Below are positions 55,789 to 64,000 of a DNA stretch of 64,000 nt, in pieces (positions within the stretch are counted from its first letter, which is position 1; each line of letters begins with the position of its first letter). The notes beneath the pieces were generated by a model. It was not told the origin of the DNA, made no database searches, and saw nothing but the letters and a program-made list of their open reading frames with translations. Location of the stretch: contig REDG01000024.1 in assembly GCA_007693605.1 (NCBI GenBank), positions 77,013 to 141,012 on the forward strand. The letters run 5' to 3'. The DNA is from Bradymonadales bacterium (lineage in GTDB: Bacteria; Bdellovibrionota; UBA2394). The translations under genes and the position numbers were made by a program.

Positions 55789-57831
55789 ATGCACAAAACA
55801 TCCCAAAGAGGCTTTGCTCTAGGGATTGTCATCATGACGATCGTCTTGAGTCTCTCTCTGGCTCTCGTTTACTTGAATCGTTCTCACCTTCAACTTTCTA
55901 TCTCTGGCATCCACTCTGACAGTGTGATTGCAAACTTTCAAATGGAAGCCGCCTATGAAGAGGCAAGAAACTTTCTAGAGATCGCCGTTGAAGACATCCG
56001 AATGGATGGGGCCTTCCAGCTACACCCCTCCACTCCTAGTACCGACTCAATTTCAAACCTGAATGCTGTTTACGGAGGATCTCCAGCCGCCGCATTGAAC
56101 TTTCTTCGACATGCGGTCGAATCCCAGTCGATTGATACATCTGGAGTCATGGATCCAACTCACCCCCATTTTGATTTTGATACGGCCTTCAGTTCAGATT
56201 GGACCCCTTTCAATACTCAAGATGCCATCATGGAGAGGCGCTACTCCTTTGAAGCCAGAGCGCCTATTGTTGAAACTTTTGGTGGAAATCCAAGCATCTT
56301 TTTTCAATATGATTACACCCTAGAAGTTCGTGCTTACGGAACAAGCCATTTCTCTCAAGCCGCTTCTCAAGAAAAGGGGGTGATCTCCATTCTTCTCTCA
56401 CGAGCACCCTTCTCTCGGTTTGCTCTGTTTCGATCACAGAACCGAAACCAAGACGGCAATATTTTGGTCTTTGCGGGGGGAGACACCTCGGCCCAAATTC
56501 AGGAGGTCTTCTCGGGCCCTGTTCACCTGAATCAATCGCCTATCTTTTACGGGGCGCCTGTCTTTTTGGATGTCTTCACCTCTGGTGCTGCTCAATCGAG
56601 CTGGCAACAGATGTCCGTCTCTGGATACTCAGGAACCGCCGTCTTTCACAATCAAGCGCTGGGAGATCAAGAGACCATGGAGCTCCCAACGGAGGTGAAC
56701 AATGTGATTCGACTTGCGGTCGGAGATTCCTCACCAAATGCCGCCTTTGACAACACTCCTCTGAGCAGCGGAGAACTGGTCAACTTTCTTAGAGAGACTC
56801 CCGGCTACACTCTGCCAGGAAGCGCAATAAGCATCCCGCCAGGTGTTCACATTCCAGTGAGTGACCAAACTAACCTGGTGCCGAAGGGGGGCGTCTATAT
56901 TGAAGGGGACAGCAATGTAAGACTGAATGTCGTTCAGGGTGAAAGTGACTTTGCTCCTGAGCGCTGGGCTCAGATTTCTTCGAGCGACCAAGCCTGCAAG
57001 TTTCAGAAGATGCTGATTGAACACCATGATGATGTGAGTCTCAGTCGCGAAATTTACATTGCGGATGAACCCTGTAACTCAACTTATGTTTTCACTCCCG
57101 ACCCCACCGCATTGCCCCATGTGTTGGCGGGACGAATCAACGGCAATGTTCACGCCAATGGAAAAATCGATCAGCTCGGGGGCGAGTCTCGGACCAGACC
57201 CGCGATCGCCACAGACTTTGGCTTTACGGTCTCCGCAAAAAAAGAAGTTCGAATTGTGAATGACATACAGTACGAAGACTCCTTTTATCACTCGATGGAT
57301 TCTGATGGAAATGTCAGCTACGCTCCCGTCGCAACTCCTTGGGGTGACATCGACGGATCGGGCATCCATCCAACCGATCAAAATGTACTCCCAAAGATTA
57401 ACTCTGAATCTAAGACGGTCTTGGGGATCCTCTCGACTCACAAAAATGTACTTTTGCATATCGATGCCCCCGCGAACTTAAATCTTCATGCCGCCATCTT
57501 TGCAGGAAATCCGAATCACTACGACTCAAGCACTGACCTTGGCTGTGGAGCAAACCACGCCAATCAGAGGGGCTGCGGCTTTGGAAACGAAGGTTGGAAC
57601 ACCAATACCGGCATGGGAAGCTTCAAGTTCTTGGGCAGCATTTCTGAATATCGCTCGCAATCGATGGGTAGAACTTCAAACCCTCCAACGGGCTATCAGC
57701 GCCGCCTCGCTTACGATCAACGCTTTCTAGAGGATCTTGTGCCGCCCGCCTATCCCCTCTCAGAGAGCCTTCAAGCTTTTTCTCGTGTGGAAAGATTTCG
57801 AGCCTGGCGGCTGGTTCAGGCAGAAGATTGA
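55789..57831 (+). CDS. PilX-like N-terminal prepilin protein with a large beta-rich (DUF4900-like) domain
   Basis: MHKTSQRG|FALGIVIMTIVLSLSLAL type III signal without Glu5; FSRFALF, F.GPVH.N, YDQRF....PPAYP. Confidence 0.7.
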   Translation: MHKTSQRGFALGIVIMTIVLSLSLALVYLNRSHLQLSISGIHSDSVIANFQMEAAYEEARNFLEIAVEDIRMDGAFQLHPSTPSTDSISNLNAVYGGSPAAALNFLRHAVESQSIDTSGVMDPTHPHFDFDTAFSSDWTPFNTQDAIMERRYSFEARAPIVETFGGNPSIFFQYDYTLEVRAYGTSHFSQAASQEKGVISILLSRAPFSRFALFRSQNRNQDGNILVFAGGDTSAQIQEVFSGPVHLNQSPIFYGAPVFLDVFTSGAAQSSWQQMSVSGYSGTAVFHNQALGDQETMELPTEVNNVIRLAVGDSSPNAAFDNTPLSSGELVNFLRETPGYTLPGSAISIPPGVHIPVSDQTNLVPKGGVYIEGDSNVRLNVVQGESDFAPERWAQISSSDQACKFQKMLIEHHDDVSLSREIYIADEPCNSTYVFTPDPTALPHVLAGRINGNVHANGKIDQLGGESRTRPAIATDFGFTVSAKKEVRIVNDIQYEDSFYHSMDSDGNVSYAPVATPWGDIDGSGIHPTDQNVLPKINSESKTVLGILSTHKNVLLHIDAPANLNLHAAIFAGNPNHYDSSTDLGCGANHANQRGCGFGNEGWNTNTGMGSFKFLGSISEYRSQSMGRTSNPPTGYQRRLAYDQRFLEDLVPPAYPLSESLQAFSRVERFRAWRLVQAED

Positions 57832-58607
57832 ATGCTGTGAAAGCGAAGATGCTTTACCGACTCTCCGGAATCTCTCAACTCCGCTAGAGAGTCCACTCCA
57901 ATTCTCAGGTGGAGGTCTACGAACTTCCGATTTACCTGGTTGTCCGTCTCTGCCGTCTTCACGCCCTCTGGAATCATGGGATTATCAGAAACCAACAAAA
58001 GGGCGCCTCGGGGAATCTTGTTGATAAAGCCAACGGTAAAAACAGTGGCCGTCTCCATATCGATGGCCATCGCTCGAATCTTCTTTAAGTAATCCTTAAA
58101 ACTCTTATCGTGCTCCCAAACTCGTCGGTTCGTCGTGTACACCACCCCGGTTCGATAGTCTCTCTCGTGTTTTCGAATCGTCGCTGACACCGCCATCTGA
58201 AGCCGAAAGCTTGGCAGAGCAGGAACTTCTGCTGGCAGATACCACTCGCCCGTTCCCTCTCCTCGAATCGCAGCGATTGGCAAAACCAAGTCCCCCAGTT
58301 TCGTCTCCTTCTTAAGGCCCCCACACTTTCCAAGAAACAGCACTGCTTTGGGCTGAATTGCGGAAAGCAAATCCATCACAGTGGCCGCCATGGCACTCCC
58401 CATCCCAAAGTTAATGATCGAAATGTCATTTGCTGTCGCCACCTGCATGGGCTTTGATTGGCCCCTCACTTTCACCCGATGCAGTTTTGCAAACAAGTCC
58501 ACATATCGAGAGAAATTCGTAAGCAAGATATGCCGACCGAAGTCCTTAAGGGGAGTGTCGGTGTATCGCGGAAGCCAGTTTCTTACAATCTCGTCTTTCG
58601 ATTTCAA
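57816..58607 (-). CDS. amn: AMP nucleosidase (short form)
   Basis: NWLPRYT, ILLTNF, FLGKCGGLK, AAIRGEGT, YTTNRRVWE, DMETAT, LLLVSD; TTG at 58607 overlaps the upstream TGA. Confidence 0.9.
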   Translation of the reverse strand: MKSKDEIVRNWLPRYTDTPLKDFGRHILLTNFSRYVDLFAKLHRVKVRGQSKPMQVATANDISIINFGMGSAMAATVMDLLSAIQPKAVLFLGKCGGLKKETKLGDLVLPIAAIRGEGTGEWYLPAEVPALPSFRLQMAVSATIRKHERDYRTGVVYTTNRRVWEHDKSFKDYLKKIRAMAIDMETATVFTVGFINKIPRGALLLVSDNPMIPEGVKTAETDNQVNRKFVDLHLRIGVDSLAELRDSGESVKHLRFHSIQSSA

Positions 58608-59410
58608 GAGCCACCCCCCCAATGAGTGCTTTCAAAAATTTTGTCTGCCGACTTCTCAACAAAGCCTTGATACAGCTTTCCATCCGGCATCGGATAGCGC
58701 TTTGCAAACTCATAATAGCAGGAGGGAATCTCAAATCGCCCCTCTTCAAACTCCAGCTCAATCCGAGCGGCATTGGTTGAGGACTGCTCCAAATAATCAG
58801 ATTCTCCCCCCTTAATTTCCCCCCCACTGGAGTTCAGAGAAAAGCCTTGATCTTTCAAGAACTGATTCAGCCCCTCAAGGCTTGAAAAGCTCTCAAGCGC
58901 ATTTACATTGACGGTAAAATGGTTCACCCGAAATCCAAAGGCTGACATCCACGCAGCGTATTCGCTCTCTTTCATTAGTTCTTGATACTCTGAGTACTTG
59001 ACCTTCCATGGCCTTCCAGACACACAAAAATCTTTAGTTTCCGTCAGGCCCGGGGGAATCTCCGAAACAAGTCGTCGAATGATCGTCTGAGTCTTTTCAG
59101 AAAGTTGATCAACCAGGAGTTCACTAATGAAGATCTTGGGTTGACCCCTTTCTTGATGTTCATAGTGCTTCGCAAACAATTTCTTCTGCTTAAACTGATA
59201 TTCGCCCTTAGACTGATAGCCTAAATCCACGAAGATTTTCTCGAAAGCCGTAATCCCCACCTGGCTCACCCCAAAGGTTCTAAAGGCAATATGGTCGTTT
59301 ACAATCTTCTCGGACCGAGACTCTAAAAGTTGATGAATTTTCACCGCTTGTGGATTAAGGCGCGCAAAATCCTCCCAAAGTTTCAACAACAAGCTCTCCA
59401 GTTCTTTCAT
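58604..59410 (-). CDS. DUF1338 family protein (2-oxoadipate dioxygenase/decarboxylase, HglS-like)
   Basis: NDHIAFRT, P.IFISEL, ESEYAAW, NHFT, LEQSST.A, YYEFAKR, GF...ADKIFEST. Confidence 0.85.
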   Translation of the reverse strand: MKELESLLLKLWEDFARLNPQAVKIHQLLESRSEKIVNDHIAFRTFGVSQVGITAFEKIFVDLGYQSKGEYQFKQKKLFAKHYEHQERGQPKIFISELLVDQLSEKTQTIIRRLVSEIPPGLTETKDFCVSGRPWKVKYSEYQELMKESEYAAWMSAFGFRVNHFTVNVNALESFSSLEGLNQFLKDQGFSLNSSGGEIKGGESDYLEQSSTNAARIELEFEEGRFEIPSCYYEFAKRYPMPDGKLYQGFVEKSADKIFESTHWGGGS

Positions 59411-59464
59411 GGAATTCTTCTCCTTCTTGTCTTAAGCTATAGGATAGGTTGAGGTGTTGAACAA

Positions 59465-60856
59465 GTGAGTTCCCAAGACAAAGTCGAGAAGGCTCTTCTG
59501 CAGGTTTTTGATACAAGCGACATTCGGCTCGACCCAGCGAGCCTACAGATTTACGCAAAGGACTGGACGACCTATTACCAGCCAAAAGCCTCCGCCGTGG
59601 TTTTTCCAAGAGAGAGCGCTCAAATCGAAGATCTTGTTCGACTCTGCCAGAAGAACCGTTGGAAGCTCGTCCCATCGGGGGGCAGAACCGGATTGAGCGG
59701 AGGAGCGGTCGCCAAAGACGCTGAGATCGTCTTGAGCTTCGAAAAAATGAATAAGATTTTAGATTTTTACGAAGGGGATGCTCAGATTCGATGCCAGGCT
59801 GGAGTTGTCACTCAAGTCATACAAGACTTCGCATCAGAGAAAGGTCTCTTCTATCCCGTTGATTTTTCAAGCTCGGGCTCTAGCATGATTGGAGGCAATA
59901 TCGCCACCAACGCTGGGGGAATCCGTGTCCTGAAATACGGAAACACCAGAAACTGGGTGACAGGCTTAGAGGTGGTTACCGGTCAACCCAAAAGACTTCA
60001 ACTCAACAACGGGCTTTTAAAAAATGCGACAGGCTACGATTTTCGGCATCTTTTTATCGGAAGCGAAGGAAGTTTAGGCGCGATCACAGAAGCCCAGCTC
60101 CAACTCACCAGGAGACCTCTCAGCCAAACTGTGGCGCTTCTTGCGGTGGCTTCTTGGGAAGACATCTTAGAGATTTTCAAGCTAGCTAAAAAATCAATCG
60201 ACTTGAGCGCATTTGAGGTGATCTCAGAGCTTGCCATTGAAAAACTTTGCTCCGCCTCAAAAATCCCAAAGCCCTTGCAAACAAATCCTAAGCTTTATCT
60301 TTTGATGGAGACCGAGTCGTATCAAAGTGAATCGACGCCCGCACTTGAGAGTTTCTTAGACGAAATTCTGACCCACGAGCTCGCATCAGACGGTAGCCTT
60401 TCGCAAAATTCTCAACAGGCTGCAGAGCTTTGGAGTTATCGAGAGAATATTTCTGAGAGTCTCGCGCCCTACAAACCCTATAAGAACGATGTCGCCGTAA
60501 GGCCCTCTCAAATTCCAAGCTTTGTCAGGGACCTTGAGCAGCTCGTGAAAGAACGATACGGAGGGCTTGAAGTGGTGTGGTTTGGTCATGTGGGGGACGG
60601 AAACCTCCATGTGAATATTCTAAAGCCAGATTCGTACTCAATCGAAGAATTTGTGGAGCTTTGTCGAAAGCTTGACTCAGAACACTTCAAGATCATCTCA
60701 AAATACCGAGGCTCGATTTCTGCCGAGCATGGCGTCGGCCTAAGCAAGAGGGACTTCTTGCACTTTTCCAGGTCTTCGGAAGAGATTCAGTATATGCGAG
60801 AGATTAAGAAAATTTTCGATCCTTTTGAGATATTTAATCCTGGAAAGATATTCTGA
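59465..60856 (+). CDS. FAD-linked oxidase, D-2-hydroxyglutarate dehydrogenase-like
   Basis: PSGGRTGLSGGA, IGGNIATNAGG, KNATGYD, GSEGSLG, GHVGDGNLH, SAEHGVG, NPGKIF. Confidence 0.85.
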   Translation: MSSQDKVEKALLQVFDTSDIRLDPASLQIYAKDWTTYYQPKASAVVFPRESAQIEDLVRLCQKNRWKLVPSGGRTGLSGGAVAKDAEIVLSFEKMNKILDFYEGDAQIRCQAGVVTQVIQDFASEKGLFYPVDFSSSGSSMIGGNIATNAGGIRVLKYGNTRNWVTGLEVVTGQPKRLQLNNGLLKNATGYDFRHLFIGSEGSLGAITEAQLQLTRRPLSQTVALLAVASWEDILEIFKLAKKSIDLSAFEVISELAIEKLCSASKIPKPLQTNPKLYLLMETESYQSESTPALESFLDEILTHELASDGSLSQNSQQAAELWSYRENISESLAPYKPYKNDVAVRPSQIPSFVRDLEQLVKERYGGLEVVWFGHVGDGNLHVNILKPDSYSIEEFVELCRKLDSEHFKIISKYRGSISAEHGVGLSKRDFLHFSRSSEEIQYMREIKKIFDPFEIFNPGKIF

Positions 60857-60878
60857 ACAATCGTCTCTGTAGATTCAC

Positions 60879-62090
60879 TTAAAACAGAATTCTTGTTTTA
60901 ATGCTCGCCGGAAGCGCTGAGACTCGATTCTTCACCTCAGCAGATACCGCCTTATCAAGATCAACAATCAAATAGCCAATGGCCGGATCGGTCGCAAGGT
61001 ACTGACTTTCAATGTTTGCCCCGACTTCTGAGATAATCCCCGTGATTTCAGCGAGAACCCCCGGCACATTCTTATGCACATTCAAAACCCTATGACAATC
61101 CGACTGGATCGGAAGATCCACCTTTGGAAAATTCACAGCCATCGAGCTGCTGCCGTTTGCGACAAACTGCAGCAAACTTGTGGCCACTTCAACTCCGATA
61201 TTCTTCTGCGCCTCCTCGGTACTCCCTCCTATGTGGGGAGTGAGAATGACATTGGGAATGTTTTGAAGCGGATTCTTGAACTCACTCACACTTCCCTCAG
61301 GCTCCTCCGGAAAAACATCAATGGCTGCTCCCTCTAAATGCCTACTCTTCAAAGCGTTGGCCAAAGCTTCAAGGTCGACAACGCTGCCTCGACTCGCATT
61401 CAGAAGATAGGAACCCTTCTTCATCAACTTTAATCGGTCATGAGAAATCATGTTCTTGGTAGACTCTGTCTCTGGCACATGAAAGCTCACAAAGTCGCTC
61501 AACTTCAACAGCTCTTCGAGAGTTTCAGTAGGGCGGCAGTTTCCAATGGGCATCTTAGCGGCGATGTCATAATAGAAAACACGCATACCTAAGTCTTCAG
61601 CTAGAATGCCAAGCTGAGAGCCGATGTGGCCGTAACCCACAATTCCCAATGTTTTTCCTCTCACCTCAAAACAGGCGCTTGCCGACTTTTCCCAGCGACC
61701 TTGATGTAACAGAGCGCTTCGATGAGCCACTTTTCGAGACAACATCACGATTTCAGCAACCACCAGCTCGGCGACCGACCGAGTGTTCGCATAGGGCGCA
61801 TTGAAAACAGGACAGCCCTTTAGTCTCGCGGCACTAATGTCCACCTGATTTGTGCCGATACAAAAACAACCCACTACCAAAAGCTCTGGAGCTAAATCTA
61901 AAACTTCTTTTGTAATCTGAGTTTTTGAGCGAATTCCTAAAACATGAACCCCCTTCAATTCCTCCTTCAAGCTTTCTTTGGAGCCCGCTTTTGACAGGCA
62001 CTTCACATCGATGGACTGCGCCCTAAGAATCTCTTCTGCAACTGGATGAATATTCTCTAGAAGCAGGGCTTTGATTGGAAATTCAGGCAC
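60879..62090 (-). CDS. serA: D-3-phosphoglycerate dehydrogenase (E. coli type with ACT domain)
   Basis: GIRSKT, CFCIGTNQVD, NTRSVAEL, GYGHIG, DVFP.EP, TPHIGGST.EAQ, H.NVPGVL. Confidence 0.95.
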   Translation of the reverse strand: MPEFPIKALLLENIHPVAEEILRAQSIDVKCLSKAGSKESLKEELKGVHVLGIRSKTQITKEVLDLAPELLVVGCFCIGTNQVDISAARLKGCPVFNAPYANTRSVAELVVAEIVMLSRKVAHRSALLHQGRWEKSASACFEVRGKTLGIVGYGHIGSQLGILAEDLGMRVFYYDIAAKMPIGNCRPTETLEELLKLSDFVSFHVPETESTKNMISHDRLKLMKKGSYLLNASRGSVVDLEALANALKSRHLEGAAIDVFPEEPEGSVSEFKNPLQNIPNVILTPHIGGSTEEAQKNIGVEVATSLLQFVANGSSSMAVNFPKVDLPIQSDCHRVLNVHKNVPGVLAEITGIISEVGANIESQYLATDPAIGYLIVDLDKAVSAEVKNRVSALPASIKTRILF

Positions 62091-62174
62091 GCCTCATTAT
62101 CTCGAAGTTTCACTGAAAATCGAGAAGAAGTTTCCATCAAATCGAAAAACACTGGGCCATAGTTGACTACGAAC

Positions 62175-63551
62175 TCAGTTCGAATGAATCGACAAAAGCT
62201 TAACATTTGAAAATTCTGCAAAAGCCTCCTGGCCCAATTCCCGACCAAACCCGCTCTCTTTGACTCCCCCAAACGGTAGTCCTGGCTGAGACCGCAGAAA
62301 ATCATTAATCGCCACCATTCCCACCTCGAGTTCGTCTCGGGCTAAGTTCTTTGCTCTCTCGATATCTCGACTGAAAATGGCACTCCCCAAACCAAACTTC
62401 GACTGATTCGCCAATTCGATCACTTCAGAGTCGGAACGAGCTTTGATCAGAGAAGCAACGGGCCCAAAGACTTCATCATCAAATGCGGGCATTCCTGGCC
62501 TCACATTCTCGATGACTTTCGAGGGATAAAAGAATCCACGATCAAAGCGATCGTCAGACGCCCAAACGAGCTTCGCTCCCAAGCCCATACTCTTTTCGAT
62601 CTGCACTTGAATTTGTTCCCTCAAATCCGATCGAGCCAAAGGCCCCAAATTTACCGATTCATCGAGAGGGTCCCCCATCTTATAGTTCTGAAACTCTTCA
62701 ATTAGATGGCTTTTGAACTCTTCATACACAGACTCGTGAATGATGAATCGCTTGGCCGAGACGCAGGATTGGCCGGTGTTTGTTAGTCGACTCATGGCAC
62801 AGGCTTTTGCGGCAGCTTTGAGTTCAGCGTCTTCAAGAATCAAGTAAGGATCACTTCCGCCAAGCTCGAGTAAGGTCTTTTTCAGATGCTCGCCGGCAAG
62901 TTTTGCGACGGCACTTCCGGCCCGTCCACTTCCGGTCAGGCTCACCGCGCGAATTCGAGAGTCCCCAATCAATTCAGGTATTCTCTCTCGGCCCAGAATT
63001 AGACTCTGGTACAGTCCTGGGCCAAAGGATTTCAAAAAAATGGATTCTAACAAAAGAGCTGTTCCACAAACAGACTCTGCGTGCTTAACAAGAATGCTGT
63101 TGCCCAAGACAAGATTGGGAATGCTAAATCGAAGCACCTGCCAAACTGGAAAGTTCCAGGGCATAATCCCCAAGAGCGGCCCCAGGGGTCTTAGATGAAT
63201 CTCTGCCTTGTGAGAAGAAAAGTCTAAGAGCCTAGGCGCCAAGGCGTCCTCTGAAATCTTCAGATAGTACTCACACAGACGCCTCGACTTCTCTAGTTCT
63301 GCCTGACTCTGCTTGATGGGCTTACCCATTTCTAGGCTTAGCTTTCGGGCGAGACTCTGCTCAGCTCGACCCAACTCTTGCCCAAAGTTTTTAAGACACT
63401 CTAGTCGCCCCTCTAAGGATTGCCGAGCCCAATCTTTCTGAGCTTTAAGACTTTTGCAGAGCCTTGCTTCCACTTCAACCGTCGAGTGTTCGCTAAAGCT
63501 CTCTAAAACTTCCTCGGTGGCCGGGTTTATGCTTTCAAATTTGCCTGACAT
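62175..63551 (-). CDS. NAD(P)-dependent succinate-semialdehyde dehydrogenase-like aldehyde dehydrogenase
   Basis: IMPWNFP.WQV.RF, LTGS..AG, LELGGSDP, GQSCVSAKR, EVFGPV, PFGGVKESGFGREL. Confidence 0.9.
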   Translation of the reverse strand: MSGKFESINPATEEVLESFSEHSTVEVEARLCKSLKAQKDWARQSLEGRLECLKNFGQELGRAEQSLARKLSLEMGKPIKQSQAELEKSRRLCEYYLKISEDALAPRLLDFSSHKAEIHLRPLGPLLGIMPWNFPVWQVLRFSIPNLVLGNSILVKHAESVCGTALLLESIFLKSFGPGLYQSLILGRERIPELIGDSRIRAVSLTGSGRAGSAVAKLAGEHLKKTLLELGGSDPYLILEDAELKAAAKACAMSRLTNTGQSCVSAKRFIIHESVYEEFKSHLIEEFQNYKMGDPLDESVNLGPLARSDLREQIQVQIEKSMGLGAKLVWASDDRFDRGFFYPSKVIENVRPGMPAFDDEVFGPVASLIKARSDSEVIELANQSKFGLGSAIFSRDIERAKNLARDELEVGMVAINDFLRSQPGLPFGGVKESGFGRELGQEAFAEFSNVKLLSIHSN

Positions 63552-63557
63552 GCCCCG

Positions 63558-63586
63558 GCGCTAACCCTCTAGTCGGTCAGTGTCAA
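63558..63586 (-). promoter_or_regulatory. Sigma70 promoter, probably leaderless
   Basis: TTGACA-17 nt-TAGCGC, 6 nt before ATG 63551. Confidence 0.5.
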
Positions 63587-63634
63587 GATTCCTCTTTGGA
63601 CAAGGCCTCTTTCAAGATATTCTGATGGTCTGGC

Positions 63635-64000
63635 ATGGGGAAAAGAAAAAAAATTCGTTCTGACAGCTTGCGAGAAATTGGTTGGCGTGAGTGGATTCAG
63701 CTTCCCGATCTTACAAAACACCCGATAAAGGTAAAGGTGGATACTGGGGCCCAGACCTCTGCCCTCCATGCCACTCAAATTAAGATCCTAAAGAAGGGAA
63801 CTAAGCGATTTGTCTCTTTTGTCATTCAGCCAGGGCACAAAAGACCCCTTCCGGCCATTCGGGTCAAGGCTGAGCTGGTGGAGAAGCGGCATGTTCGAAG
63901 CTCCACCGGAGATCGCACGCACCGACCTGTCATCAAGACCAGAATCGGATTGAATGGGGGCTTTCGTGAGATTGAACTCACCCTCGTCAATCGAGATATG
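63635..64000 (+). CDS. RimK-associated retropepsin-like protease ('putative ATP-dependent zinc protease' family); 3' partial, not in the ORF track
   Basis: Manual translation MGKRKKIRSDSLREIGWREWIQLPDLTKHPIKVKVDTGAQTSALHA...VRSSTG....RPVI.T...IELTLVNRDM; open to the window end. Confidence 0.85.
   Translation, partial: MGKRKKIRSDSLREIGWREWIQLPDLTKHPIKVKVDTGAQTSALHATQIKILKKGTKRFVSFVIQPGHKRPLPAIRVKAELVEKRHVRSSTGDRTHRPVIKTRIGLNGGFREIELTLVNRDM

Overview
A gene-dense 64-kb bacterial chromosomal window. The gene content (a DUF222-like/HNH protein, a signal-peptide monoheme TPR-like protein, many large orphan secreted proteins) suggests a Bdellovibrionota/Oligoflexia-like, probably halotolerant organism; this is inference, not a search result. 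Recognisable blocks: UvrD-type helicase-nuclease plus recX; leucine catabolism liuBCDE; a frameshifted HNH gene behind an array of hairpins; znuACB; map; a light/singlet-oxygen block (two photolyases, furan/cyclopropane fatty-acid genes, GbsR/MarR-type regulator) interrupted by the NAGGN osmolyte genes; ppk1/ppx; ABC-DUF3299; HD-GYP; a PilX-like protein; and a D-2-hydroxyglutarate-centred cluster (DUF1338, D2HGDH-like, serA). The most striking signal is a set of normally cytoplasmic machines that all carry Sec-type signal peptides: a PrkA/YeaG ATPase, a 1796-aa Clp-like AAA+ protein, a SpoVR-YeaH(vWA) fusion, and a separate SF2 helicase. All four are almost free of cysteine and share a short C-x3-[VIL]-x2-[IL] motif at or near a terminus. 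This is a candidate exported, possibly prey-delivered, enzyme system with its own targeting tag. No rRNA, tRNA or CRISPR array was recognised.
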